Positions 31,253 through 40,384 of a stretch of DNA of 64,000 nt are shown here, piece by piece. The DNA comes from an uncultured Nitrosomonas sp. GTDB lineage: Bacteria; Pseudomonadota; Gammaproteobacteria; Burkholderiales; Nitrosomonadaceae. Every line of letters starts with the position of its first letter. Within the stretch, counting starts at the first letter, position 1. The translations under genes were made by a program, and so were the position numbers. The stretch lies in NCBI GenBank assembly GCA_949281375.1, contig CASDLT010000010.1, positions 119,182 to 183,181 of the forward strand, written 5' to 3'. The notes beneath the pieces are model-generated. The model worked only from the letters and a program-made list of their open reading frames with translations. It ran no database searches and had not been told where the DNA came from.

Positions 31253-31885
31253 TGCAGGGTTTACCCAAGAAAAATCCGCTCAAGGAAAGCAGTCAGAAAA
31301 GATTGCTTCAAGCCGCTTGCGGTTTATTTATTTTGCAAAGAAGGCATTCATGCCACGGGAATTGCCAGAATCATCGAAGCATCAGGTGTTTCGCGCCGCG
31401 CGTTATATCTACATTACGGTTCAAAAGAAAACTTGCTCAGAGCAGTCTTTGAAGCCGAAGCCGATATGTGGTTCCAGTGGTTTGACACTGATTTAGCGGC
31501 GCTGAACTGCCCGGCCCGCGATCGTATTCTGGCGTTATTCGATGTAATGCGCAATTGGTTTGAGAGCGAGCATTTCTATGGCTGCATATTTATCAACGCT
31601 GTTGCTGAATATGATAAGGGCAACAGTTAGGTACAAGGCATTGCTATTACCCATCGGGAAAAAATCAATGCCAAACTCCGCACGATGGTCGAGGCTAGCG
31701 TCATACAAGATCCGGACATGGTAACGGAAGAATTAAGCCTATTAATCGACGGCGCGATCATAACCGCGATGGTAACGAGCCAGGGCGATATTGCTCATAT
31801 CGCAAGGTTGGTCGCAGAAGACATTTACGCAGCGCTTCTACTCACAAAGGAGACAAAGAATCTTGAATTGGCCGCTTTTGATTGA
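31252..31885 (+). pseudogene. TetR-family regulator, frameshifted and nonsense-interrupted
   Basis: TTTA duplication at 31323-31330; removing it restores 'GLFCKEGIHATGIARIIEASGVSRRALYLHYGSKENL'. In-frame TAG at 31628-31630, after which the frame continues to 31885. Confidence 0.9.
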
Positions 31886-32804
31886 CGAAAAAACACCCGA
31901 ACCCGTGCGGGCAATCTTACGAGGCGCAGGACAAGTCATGTTTTGTGGCAATGCCGTTACTGGATTTTTTGTCTTGATCGGGTTCTATGTGAGCGGAATA
32001 ATGACTGGAATAGCAGCGACGATAGGGTTAATTTGCAGTACTCTCACCGCGCATGCGTTCAAGTTTTGCTTGCAGGATATCAAAGCTGGACTTTACGGAT
32101 TCAACGGTATTCTGGTTGCGGTCTGCCTGTCTGTCTTCATGGGTCACACACCGCAGTTATGGCTCTACATTGTCATCGCGTCGATACTGTCTAGCATCGT
32201 CTGGGCGATGATGACTCGTCTTCTTCATATCTGCCGCCTTCCCGCGGCAACCTCATCTTTTGTGCTGATTAGTTGGATATTCTTGCTGATGATGCATGCT
32301 TCAGGCAATCAACCACCAGCGCCAATCATATCTATCACAGCACAGATCGGAGCCATTCCCATTGAAACATGGCTGACCGCCATGATGCGCGCCATCAGTC
32401 AGATTCTCTTCAGTGACGATGTACTGGTCGGAGGATTACTGCTGTCAGGAATTGCATTAGTTTCATGGCGAGGCGCTTACATGGCCATCGCCGGTGCGCT
32501 GATTGGTGTGGCATTGCCACTTGGCATGGGAATTGACCAGAAAGCTATCGAGGCAGGCTTGTATGGATTCAATCCGGTTTTGACAATGATTGCAGTAGGA
32601 TGGGTTTTTCTTGAATCCACTCCTCAAACAACTGTTCTGGCAGTAATCGCCGGGATATTGGCAGTGATCTGGCAGGTTGTGCTGTCCAGCTTACTGATGC
32701 CCATCGGGATACCGGTACTGGCTTCACCGTTTATTTTTACGCTATGGATGGTTTTGTTTGCGATCAATAAATTTAGATCCGGCGTCTCTGTGGCTCCAAG
32801 TTAG
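31863..32804 (+). CDS. Urea transporter (UT/Utp family)
   Basis: 'LRGAGQVMF', duplicated GLYGFNG/GLYGFNP motifs, about 10 TM. TTG start with AAGGAG 10 nt upstream. Confidence 0.9.
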   Translation: MNWPLLIDEKTPEPVRAILRGAGQVMFCGNAVTGFFVLIGFYVSGIMTGIAATIGLICSTLTAHAFKFCLQDIKAGLYGFNGILVAVCLSVFMGHTPQLWLYIVIASILSSIVWAMMTRLLHICRLPAATSSFVLISWIFLLMMHASGNQPPAPIISITAQIGAIPIETWLTAMMRAISQILFSDDVLVGGLLLSGIALVSWRGAYMAIAGALIGVALPLGMGIDQKAIEAGLYGFNPVLTMIAVGWVFLESTPQTTVLAVIAGILAVIWQVVLSSLLMPIGIPVLASPFIFTLWMVLFAINKFRSGVSVAPS

Positions 32805-32911
32805 ACCTCAGCAGGATTTTCAATTGAATGGAGTCCCATAGTTGATAACGCTCAATTCATATGGGAAAGAAAATATCCTTTCCCATGAATATTTATTCAA
32901 CCCATTCATAT

Positions 32912-33283
32912 TTATGAGTTTTTATGGCTTTGCCTTCCTGCTCGGGCGTGATCCTCGGAAGAACCACCCCGGGTATGTGACGAGGAATCGCCACTGCGTC
33001 CGGAACTTGATTTTGATCCACTGCGACCGCCGGAATCTTCATCATCCTGGGTAGATCGCGAACCGCTGTCGCTTCTGTTGCCCGAACTTGAAGCGCTGTG
33101 CGATCTGCTTTGCCCACCTTTTTGGCCAGCTTCTCGAGCTTCCTCCGAATCAAACTCATGCGCGGTGCCTTTTTCATGGGCAGCGCGTCCGCCTTTTGAG
33201 GCAATTTCACGCTGTTTATCTTCATCCATTGAGGCAAATCCTCTATTACTCGTATTACCTTGATTACTTTTTGAAGTAGTCAT
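32912..33283 (-). CDS. KGG-repeat general stress protein (YciG/GsiB-like)
   Basis: 'GFASMDEDKQREIASKGG' and 'EAREAGQKGG'; hydrophilic Ser/Gly-rich. Confidence 0.9.
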   Translation of the reverse strand: MTTSKSNQGNTSNRGFASMDEDKQREIASKGGRAAHEKGTAHEFDSEEAREAGQKGGQSRSHSASSSGNRSDSGSRSTQDDEDSGGRSGSKSSSGRSGDSSSHTRGGSSEDHARAGRQSHKNS

Positions 33284-33500
33284 CTTAAAATCTCCAGTAA
33301 ATTAAAAATGATCCTATGTGATCTCAATGATCACTTTCAATGTACTGGAGTTATTTATGATGGTATGTACGCTTTCTAACTTAATGTTAGAAAAGATGTT
33401 ATAGAGCCGAATCGAATGAAAATTCCATCAAGTGAGCGAATTCTGAAAATCACCGCGCTTTTTTACACGCCATTTCATGTGCCTGTTTGTCGTCCATTAT

Positions 33501-33641
33501 GAAAATGCTGATTAATCCCGCAAGCGAGATGAAGCGCAAGGCGCACGGAGCGTAACAACCGACACATCAACACGGTAGGTGAAGGCGCGAGTACCACGCG
33601 ACAAAGCGATTCGCTCGCGCAGCGAATCAATCAGCGTTTCT
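33501..33641 (+). mobile_element. MITE-like repeat, copy A
   Basis: Ends gaaaatgctgattaat / atcaatcagcgtttct; core GAGATGAAGCGCAAGGCG; flanks TTAT/GTGA (degenerate). Confidence 0.8.
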
Positions 33642-33675
33642 GTGATAGTTTCATTGAAACGTCAATCGCCGTGAC

Positions 33676-34488
33676 TCATAAATGTTCGGTCACATCCATC
33701 GAGAAATTGCGCCGATCTTGATTGCTGGATTTCGTTTTCAACCTTTCGAGATCTTCGCTTAAGCGCACGGCTTCATCTCTTTTAATTTCATAGCATTCAC
33801 AAGCGCCGGTTTCCAGTTTCTTTCTGTCTTTAAGGGCTATGTAACCTCTACCATAGTCTATCATGCCTTCATCCTGTAACTTTTTTGCAGCCTCTGTGAT
33901 TGTTTCGCGCCGCACGCCAAGAATATATCCAATCGAAGCCTGAGTTATCGACAATGTATCCGTCGCCGCGCGATCAAAGCCGGTCAGCAACCATGTGCAT
34001 AACTGGCGGTCTACGGCGTGGCGGCGAGTACATGCAATGGTTTGTGACATGTGAACAAAAACAGATTCTGCATAGCGCAGCATCAATTCTCGAAAATTTC
34101 CCAGTCGACGGCCGCCGCTGCGTGTCAACACCTTCTGCAACGCATCAACGGAAATTCGATACGCATATCCGGCTTGATTGATAATAACCTGAGTCGAGGA
34201 TTCGTTTTTTCCCAGGAATGTCGAAAAACCTAACACTCCTTCCTTGCCAATCATAGCTACTTCCACGGTCGACCCATCTTCCAGGCAGCACAACATCGAT
34301 GCAATGACTGAAACGGGAAAATAGACATGACCCAGTTTTTCATTGACTTCGAATACGACCTCGGCCACTGACAGAGTCACTAATTCCAAATGAGGAGTTA
34401 ACTGTTCCAGTTCGGAATGGGTAAGTGCACACAAGAGATGATTTTCTCGTGGATCGCAAGTAATTACAGTCATAATTGTTTGATCCAT
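33676..34488 (-). CDS. Crp/Fnr-family transcriptional regulator (paralog 1)
   Basis: cNMP-like domain 'EVAMIGKEG', HTH 'ILGVRRETITEAA', 'ACECY'; no Fnr Fe-S Cys cluster. Confidence 0.9.
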   Translation of the reverse strand: MDQTIMTVITCDPRENHLLCALTHSELEQLTPHLELVTLSVAEVVFEVNEKLGHVYFPVSVIASMLCCLEDGSTVEVAMIGKEGVLGFSTFLGKNESSTQVIINQAGYAYRISVDALQKVLTRSGGRRLGNFRELMLRYAESVFVHMSQTIACTRRHAVDRQLCTWLLTGFDRAATDTLSITQASIGYILGVRRETITEAAKKLQDEGMIDYGRGYIALKDRKKLETGACECYEIKRDEAVRLSEDLERLKTKSSNQDRRNFSMDVTEHL

Positions 34489-35096
34489 TGAAAGTTGAAG
34501 AATTAATATTTTTGATTCATCGTAGATACTCTTCCATTCGGTTATGAACGAGTAAAAGACATTCGTATTGCATTATAGCCTGACACGATTCCTCGTGGGT
34601 CAAACTCGCCTTTTTATCCGCCACGGCTCTTGAAAGCTCAGCGGACTCAAAAGATTTCTGTAAAAGCGTGCGTTACGGTTAGCATGCGTGAAATCAGGCT
34701 TTTATGCGCGATCTCTGTTTCATGTTTTTGTAACCGCAACCACGCTCTTCAAACCTATCACTGTATCTGATCATGGTTCGTCATCGCTTCCATAAGGTCT
34801 AACATCAAATATCATGATCATTCTGGTCAGACTTAATTAATGGGTAGGCGTATAAAATCAATATCGCCGCAAACAAAGACTGTTCGTACAAATTTTCCAT
34901 TCAAAAGATATGCTTCACGCGTTCTTTCCAGCAATCGAACACTCTGTCAAAACCCCAAACTTGCGTGGGTAATCGTACAGACTCCTCCCCGCAGGCCAAG
35001 CACAATACTTTCATTTTATGGTGTCATGACAGGAAGATCTATGAGGTGCAATACAGGTAATCGACATGCAAACGCGATGTCAGTGGAAATCATTAG

Positions 35097-35238
35097 AGAA
35101 ATATCGATTAATTCACCGCATGAGCGAATCGCTTTTTTGCACGCTACTATCTTCCTCCCCTTCGGGTTGATAGGCCTCGGTTAATGCGTTGCGTGCATCG
35201 TACGTTTCATCTCTTTCGCCAAATCAGTCAACATTTCC
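35097..35238 (-). mobile_element. MITE-like repeat, copy B (diverged)
   Basis: Perfect TTAG duplication at 35093-35096 and 35239-35242; reverse strand has gagatgaaacg...aagcgattcgctc...attaatc. Confidence 0.7.
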
Positions 35239-35373
35239 TTAGTGATCCGATCTGGTTTATCAGCCCCATGGACGACTGTTGAATATTCACCTGCCTTTCC
35301 ATTTTCTTACGTTGTCTGCGTGATGGAAATGGATAGTTCCCAGGCAAATCAAACCCTTTGTTAATTTAGAAAT

Positions 35374-36666
35374 TTGCTGACCGAAATTATGAATGCTCCT
35401 TTTTTAAATGATCTACGCACATCTTATTCTTTGATAGAGCGCTTCCGGTCAGTCCGCATGCAGACAATGGCACTGTGCACACCATTGGAAACGGAAGATT
35501 ATGTCGTTTCAAGCATGGTCGATGTCAGCCCCACGAAATGGCATTTAGCCCATACCACGTGGTTTTTCGAGACCTTTATCATAAAACCTTATCTACCATC
35601 GTATCAAACATTCGACTCTCGCTATGCCTTTCTTTTCAATTCTTATTATGAACAGGCTGGCGCACGTCAGTGCAGATCGCTTCGCGGCTTGGCAACACGC
35701 CCGACCGTCACCGAGGTATTTACATATCGCAGTTATGTCGATGAAGCCGTTGAAAACTTGTTTGACAAGATTGACGATGATTGCCAGCACCCGGCCTGGC
35801 GAAAGTTGGAAATGGGACTGCATCACGAACAACAACATCAAGAATTACTACTGACCGATATCAAACATGTGCTCTGGACAAATCCATTGCGCCCAACCTA
35901 TCGCAACGACAGCGCGTCATCGCTGCATACAGCGTTTCAACGGCAGAGATGGGAGCCAATTGAAGAAGGCCTTTATATCATTGGCAATGCCGAAGATCAG
36001 TTCACATTTGATAACGAGCGGCCAGCACACAAAACCTATTTGCAGTCCGCAAAATTATCGCACTCGTTGGTCACTAATGCGGAATATTCAGCTTTCATCG
36101 CCGATGGGGGCTATCAAACCCCAGGATTGTGGCTGAGCGATGGGTGGAGAATGGTGCAATCAGAGCAATTGCGAGCACCTCTCTATTGGGAGCAGTACAA
36201 TGGCCAATGGCATGAATTTACCTTGCACGGTGAACTGCCCTTGTCTCCCACTGTACCCGTGTGCCACATCAGTTATTATGAAGCCGATGCATTTGCACGC
36301 TGGGCGGGGTATCGATTGCCGACAGAAGCGGAATGGGAAATCGTCGCAAATAGACATTCCACGCAACAAATTAACCTACAACAAATCAGTTTTCATCCCT
36401 CTCCCGCAAGTGATGATAATCATATTCAGCAATTGTTCGGCCAGGTTTGGCAATGGACACAGAGTCCTTACATAGCCTATCCGGGATTTTATCCCTCATG
36501 CGACGTACTGGGCGAATACAACGGCAAGTTCATGTGTGATCAATGGGTTCTGCGCGGTTCCTCCTGCCTCACGCCCCCCGGCCATACCCGCACGACGTAT
36601 CGGAATTTCTTCCCGAGTGATGCCCGCTGGCAATTCACTGGCCTTCGTTTGGCGGCCGATGGATGA
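35374..36666 (+). CDS. egtB: Ergothioneine sulfoxide synthase
   Basis: DinB_2 motif 'WHLAHTTWFFETF', iron motif 'HHEQQHQE', FGE-sulfatase domain, 'EYNGKFM'. Start may be ATG 35389. Confidence 0.92.
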   Translation: MLTEIMNAPFLNDLRTSYSLIERFRSVRMQTMALCTPLETEDYVVSSMVDVSPTKWHLAHTTWFFETFIIKPYLPSYQTFDSRYAFLFNSYYEQAGARQCRSLRGLATRPTVTEVFTYRSYVDEAVENLFDKIDDDCQHPAWRKLEMGLHHEQQHQELLLTDIKHVLWTNPLRPTYRNDSASSLHTAFQRQRWEPIEEGLYIIGNAEDQFTFDNERPAHKTYLQSAKLSHSLVTNAEYSAFIADGGYQTPGLWLSDGWRMVQSEQLRAPLYWEQYNGQWHEFTLHGELPLSPTVPVCHISYYEADAFARWAGYRLPTEAEWEIVANRHSTQQINLQQISFHPSPASDDNHIQQLFGQVWQWTQSPYIAYPGFYPSCDVLGEYNGKFMCDQWVLRGSSCLTPPGHTRTTYRNFFPSDARWQFTGLRLAADG

Positions 36667-37682
36667 ACAATACGCTGCTTCATTCCAACGGTATGCAGAT
36701 TGAGTTCGCTTCTTCATCATTGCCTAATTCATTGCAAGCAGCCGCGATCACCGGGCTTGAAAACAAATGCAAAACGCTTCCTTCCGCCCTTTTCTACGAC
36801 GCAACCGGAGCCCGCCTGTTCGAGGAAATCTGCAAATTGCCCGAGTATTATCCTACCCGCACTGAATCAACGATACTGCGTGACTATGCACCCCTACTCG
36901 CTTCCCATATTGGAACAGATGCGGTCTTGATTGACTATGGCAGTGGCTCAGGAGAAAAGGCGCAATTCCTTCTGGACTATTTACCATCCTTGAACGCCTA
37001 TGTTCCTGTTGATGTTTCACGTGAACAACTCATGCAAGTCGCTGCTGAGCGATCTGCTCAATATCCGCTTCTGCAAGTCCTGCCAATCTGTGCAGACTAC
37101 ACCGAACCGTTAGAATTTCCCAATTTACCGGATGGAGCGCGTTATATCGCCTTCTTTCCGGGATCAACTATCGGCAATTTTCATCCTTCTGATGCAGTGA
37201 CGTTTCTGACTCAGATTCGAAGTACCATCATGCCGGAAGGAAAATTAATCCTCGGTGTTGATCGCCGCAAACATCCGGATTTATTGCACGCTGCCTACAA
37301 TGACAAACTAGGGCTTACCGCCGCGTTTAATCTCAATATTCTGAGGCATCTCAATCGTGAAATGAATGCTAGTTTCAATCTATCGCATTTTCGTCATTTG
37401 GCATTTTTCAATGAGCAAACCAGCCGTATCGAAATGCATCTAGAATCGTTAGTCGCTCACCAGGCCACGATTAACGACAAATTGATTCAATTCGACGCCG
37501 GTGAAACCATCCGTACAGAATGCTCATATAAATATGATGAAGAAAGCCTGAGCACACTGGCAGAAGCGAGCGGATTTGAGATCGAAGAACTGTACACCGA
37601 TAGTCGCCAATGGTTCTGGATCGCATTATTGAGCCCATCTTCATCTTCGAATCAATATTGTCAAGAAACAACTTCGTTCTGA
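36663..37682 (+). CDS. egtD: L-histidine N(alpha)-methyltransferase
   Basis: Motifs 'LFEEICKLPEYYPTRTE', 'FFPGSTIGNF', 'AAYND' and 'TECSYKY'; ATGA overlap with egtB. Confidence 0.95.
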   Translation: MNNTLLHSNGMQIEFASSSLPNSLQAAAITGLENKCKTLPSALFYDATGARLFEEICKLPEYYPTRTESTILRDYAPLLASHIGTDAVLIDYGSGSGEKAQFLLDYLPSLNAYVPVDVSREQLMQVAAERSAQYPLLQVLPICADYTEPLEFPNLPDGARYIAFFPGSTIGNFHPSDAVTFLTQIRSTIMPEGKLILGVDRRKHPDLLHAAYNDKLGLTAAFNLNILRHLNREMNASFNLSHFRHLAFFNEQTSRIEMHLESLVAHQATINDKLIQFDAGETIRTECSYKYDEESLSTLAEASGFEIEELYTDSRQWFWIALLSPSSSSNQYCQETTSF

Positions 37683-37862
37683 ATGTCAGCAGGTTTCGAT
37701 TTCTCGTAATTCCACGCTTCAATCAATTGAATGATTTATTTCCGGATCCCGTCATTCCACGTTCATCATCCTCAAGTCCCATGTTATGTGGGGTTTCAGA
37801 CAGACTCCTCATTCTCTGAATGATAGCCTATGGTTTTATAATCTATAAACGTAGGGGAGCTT

Positions 37863-38093
37863 GTGATGAATAAAGAAATATCATTTAAAACTTTATTAAA
37901 CGATTTCAGCAATTGGTTAAACAATAAACACCATACCAAAACGAGTAAAAAAGCATCAATGCCAGACAAGCCAGCAGTCGAGTCTACCCTTGATGACACA
38001 CTGAATAGTCATCAACGAGTTCAACAGCAAACCAAATACGACCGTTACCATCCGCTCTATCTCCAGGATCGGGATGTGAATAGTCACTTCTAA
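37863..38093 (+). CDS. Hypothetical protein (75-76 aa)
   Basis: GGGGAG RBS upstream; no family recognised. Confidence 0.45.
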   Translation: MMNKEISFKTLLNDFSNWLNNKHHTKTSKKASMPDKPAVESTLDDTLNSHQRVQQQTKYDRYHPLYLQDRDVNSHF

Positions 38094-38342
38094 TATTCAA
38101 GAATTCAAGACGCTGAGACTATAAACGTAGAGCCCCCATTTTTTCGAGGGAGAGCGAACCCTTTAAATCCTATCTGTTCGAGCGCATCAATGCGTCAAAA
38201 CTTGACAATGCTGGATAGGGGACTGCAGAACCGCGGTATGGGCGGCACGTTATCTGCATGACAGTGGCAAGCTTTCGCTGATGGACAGTTCTTCGCATGG
38301 CTCAATTGGCACTTGGGGATCGAGTGGACGAAGTATAGGAAG

Positions 38343-38386
38343 CATTGAGAACTGATATCAATTTCATTGAGAACTGATATCAAATT
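38343..38386. repeat. 22-bp tandem duplication
   Basis: cattgagaactgatatcaattt then cattgagaactgatatcaaatt (21/22 identical). Confidence 0.9.
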
Positions 38387-38486
38387 ATTAGAGACCTAGA
38401 AACGATGATCAGAAGGGAGCGCAGCTAGTTATTCAATTTGAAAGGGAATTTTTAATTCCCATTATGAAATTACACTTGGATTTTTT

Positions 38487-38562
38487 TGGTGCCGACACCA
38501 AGAATCGAACTCGGGACCTTCTGATTACAAATCAGCTGCTCTACCATCTGAGCTATGCCGGC
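38487..38562 (-). tRNA. tRNA-Thr (TGT)
   Basis: Reverse complement GCCGGCATAGCTCAG...CTGAT-TTGTAA-TCAG...GTTCGATT...GGCACCA; 76 nt with encoded CCA. Confidence 0.98.
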
Positions 38563-38588
38563 AATGGATAAATCTTACACTAAATAAA

Positions 38589-39011
38589 TTATTTGATAAT
38601 CCGCAAATTAGTTTTTTTTAGACCTTTTTCTTGGTAAGTCATTGACTCAACTAAGTCAGTTTCTTGTGATTCAGTCACAAAAGCTTGATCGTCTGCTTCT
38701 CGATCTTCGACGGGAAATGATAAACCTTGATTCACTTCTTTGGCGAAAATGCCTTTGACTGCATGAAGAGGAATATCTAATTTACGTGGAACGCCATTAA
38801 AACGGGCCATAAAGCTGATATGGTGATTACTAATCACAAGATCATGCGCAGCCTGGAGGCCAATATTAAAAACGATCTCGTCATTAGTAACAAAATGCGC
38901 TGGCATATCAAGGTCTGGATAAACAACAACAGAAATATATGGCGTTAGATCACTATCGATACACCATTCATAAATCGCGCGAATCAAATACGGTTTCGTA
39001 GAGCCACTCAT
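38589..39011 (-). CDS. sspB: ClpXP adaptor / stringent starvation protein B
   Basis: Motifs 'STKPYLIRAIYEWC' and 'ARFNG'; C-terminal 'LRIIK'. Confidence 0.95.
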   Translation of the reverse strand: MSGSTKPYLIRAIYEWCIDSDLTPYISVVVYPDLDMPAHFVTNDEIVFNIGLQAAHDLVISNHHISFMARFNGVPRKLDIPLHAVKGIFAKEVNQGLSFPVEDREADDQAFVTESQETDLVESMTYQEKGLKKTNLRIIK

Positions 39012-39607
39012 TTTCGCATAACTTTCTCAGATGCTGATAGCGCAGCGATAAATGGAGGGCGGCTAAACAAACTTTCTGAATATTTTAATAGCGGCGCAGC
39101 CTGCTTTGGCAATCGAATTTCATAGTGCTCAAGGCGCCATAACAATGGCGCAATGGCAACATCCAGCATTGAAAATTCATCACCCAGCATGAATTTCTGT
39201 TTTTCGAACACTGGAGAAATAATCGTCAGATGTTCAGTAATTACAGTTCTGGCTTTCTCCATGGCTTTTTGATCAGCCCCTTCAAATGCACTGATATGAC
39301 AGAACAGTTCCTGCTCAAACCGATATAACAACAGCCGTGCACGGGCACGCATGACGGGATCGGCAGGCATGAGTTGAGGATGTGGAAAGCGATCATCGAT
39401 ATATTCATTGATGATATTCGACTCATACAGTACGAGATCGCGCTCCACAAGCACAGGCGCTTTTCCGTATGGACTGATGACGGCAAGATCTTCTGATTTA
39501 TTATTAGGATCAACATCAATTACCTGGAAATCCATATCTTTCTCGTGCAACACAATCCTACAACGATGACTGTATGGACACGTAATTGTTGAATATAACG
39601 TCATCAT
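39008..39607 (-). CDS. sspA: Stringent starvation protein A (GST fold)
   Basis: Motifs 'SHRCRIVLHEK', 'YESNIINEYIDDRFPHPQLMP' and 'APLLWRL'. Confidence 0.96.
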   Translation of the reverse strand: MMTLYSTITCPYSHRCRIVLHEKDMDFQVIDVDPNNKSEDLAVISPYGKAPVLVERDLVLYESNIINEYIDDRFPHPQLMPADPVMRARARLLLYRFEQELFCHISAFEGADQKAMEKARTVITEHLTIISPVFEKQKFMLGDEFSMLDVAIAPLLWRLEHYEIRLPKQAAPLLKYSESLFSRPPFIAALSASEKVMRK

Positions 39608-39655
39608 AACTTCTAATCTCTGACTTACTTTTGACTATCTACAAAAAAATTGATC

Positions 39656-40381
39656 CTAGTGAATATCCTTCCAATATTCTTTTTTCAAGAGATAAGCGAG
39701 CCCTAAGAAACCCAACAGAAAAATCATTACTTCAATACCAAGTTTTTTTCGTTCATTAGCATGAGGTTCGCCAAGATAAACCAAGTAGTTAACTAAATCA
39801 CCAACAAATTTATCAAAATCGGCTTTGCTCAATTGACCAGGCTTATCCAGAACTAGACTCTTTTGATCACCTTTCTCGGATGTCTTAACCACTAGTTTCT
39901 GTTCGCCTTGCAGTTCATATAAAACATGCGGCATTGCAGCACGATCGAATACAAGATTATTCCAGCCGGTCCCGGTTGAATCATCCCGATAGAAAGCACG
40001 TAAATAAGTATATAGCCAATCTGCACCACGGGAACGCGCGATCACTGACAAATCGGGAGGAACGACACCGAACCATTCTTCGCCCTCTTTTTTACGCATG
40101 GCTGATTGCATCAAGTCACCAACTTTTTGACCTGTGAGAACCATTTTTTCGAGGATTTCTTCATTCGTATAGCCGATATCCCGATGACGGTTATAACGCA
40201 TATAACTTGCACCATGACACGTCAAACAGTAATTAACGAAGGTTTCAGCGCCACGTTTCAGTGACGCATTGTCGGTAATATCAACAGGAGCTTTATCCAA
40301 TGGCATGCCAGATTCACCAGCCATCGCGCCGAATGAAGTCATGCTCAACAAGATCAATAATGTTATCGTTATTTTCTTCAT
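39656..40381 (-). CDS. petC: Cytochrome c1
   Basis: CLTCH heme motif, 'PPDLS', C-terminal TM. Confidence 0.97.
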   Translation of the reverse strand: MKKITITLLILLSMTSFGAMAGESGMPLDKAPVDITDNASLKRGAETFVNYCLTCHGASYMRYNRHRDIGYTNEEILEKMVLTGQKVGDLMQSAMRKKEGEEWFGVVPPDLSVIARSRGADWLYTYLRAFYRDDSTGTGWNNLVFDRAAMPHVLYELQGEQKLVVKTSEKGDQKSLVLDKPGQLSKADFDKFVGDLVNYLVYLGEPHANERKKLGIEVMIFLLGFLGLAYLLKKEYWKDIH

Positions 40382-40384
40382 TTT

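Noticed and set aside
34840-35184. 114-aa ORF from the track
   Set aside because: Its 3' part runs through MITE copy B; no RBS or recognisable motif.
26530-38486. att site or integrase for an island at tRNA-Thr
   Set aside because: By eye I found no duplicate of the tRNA 3' end and no recombinase ORF; a computed search could still find a short core.
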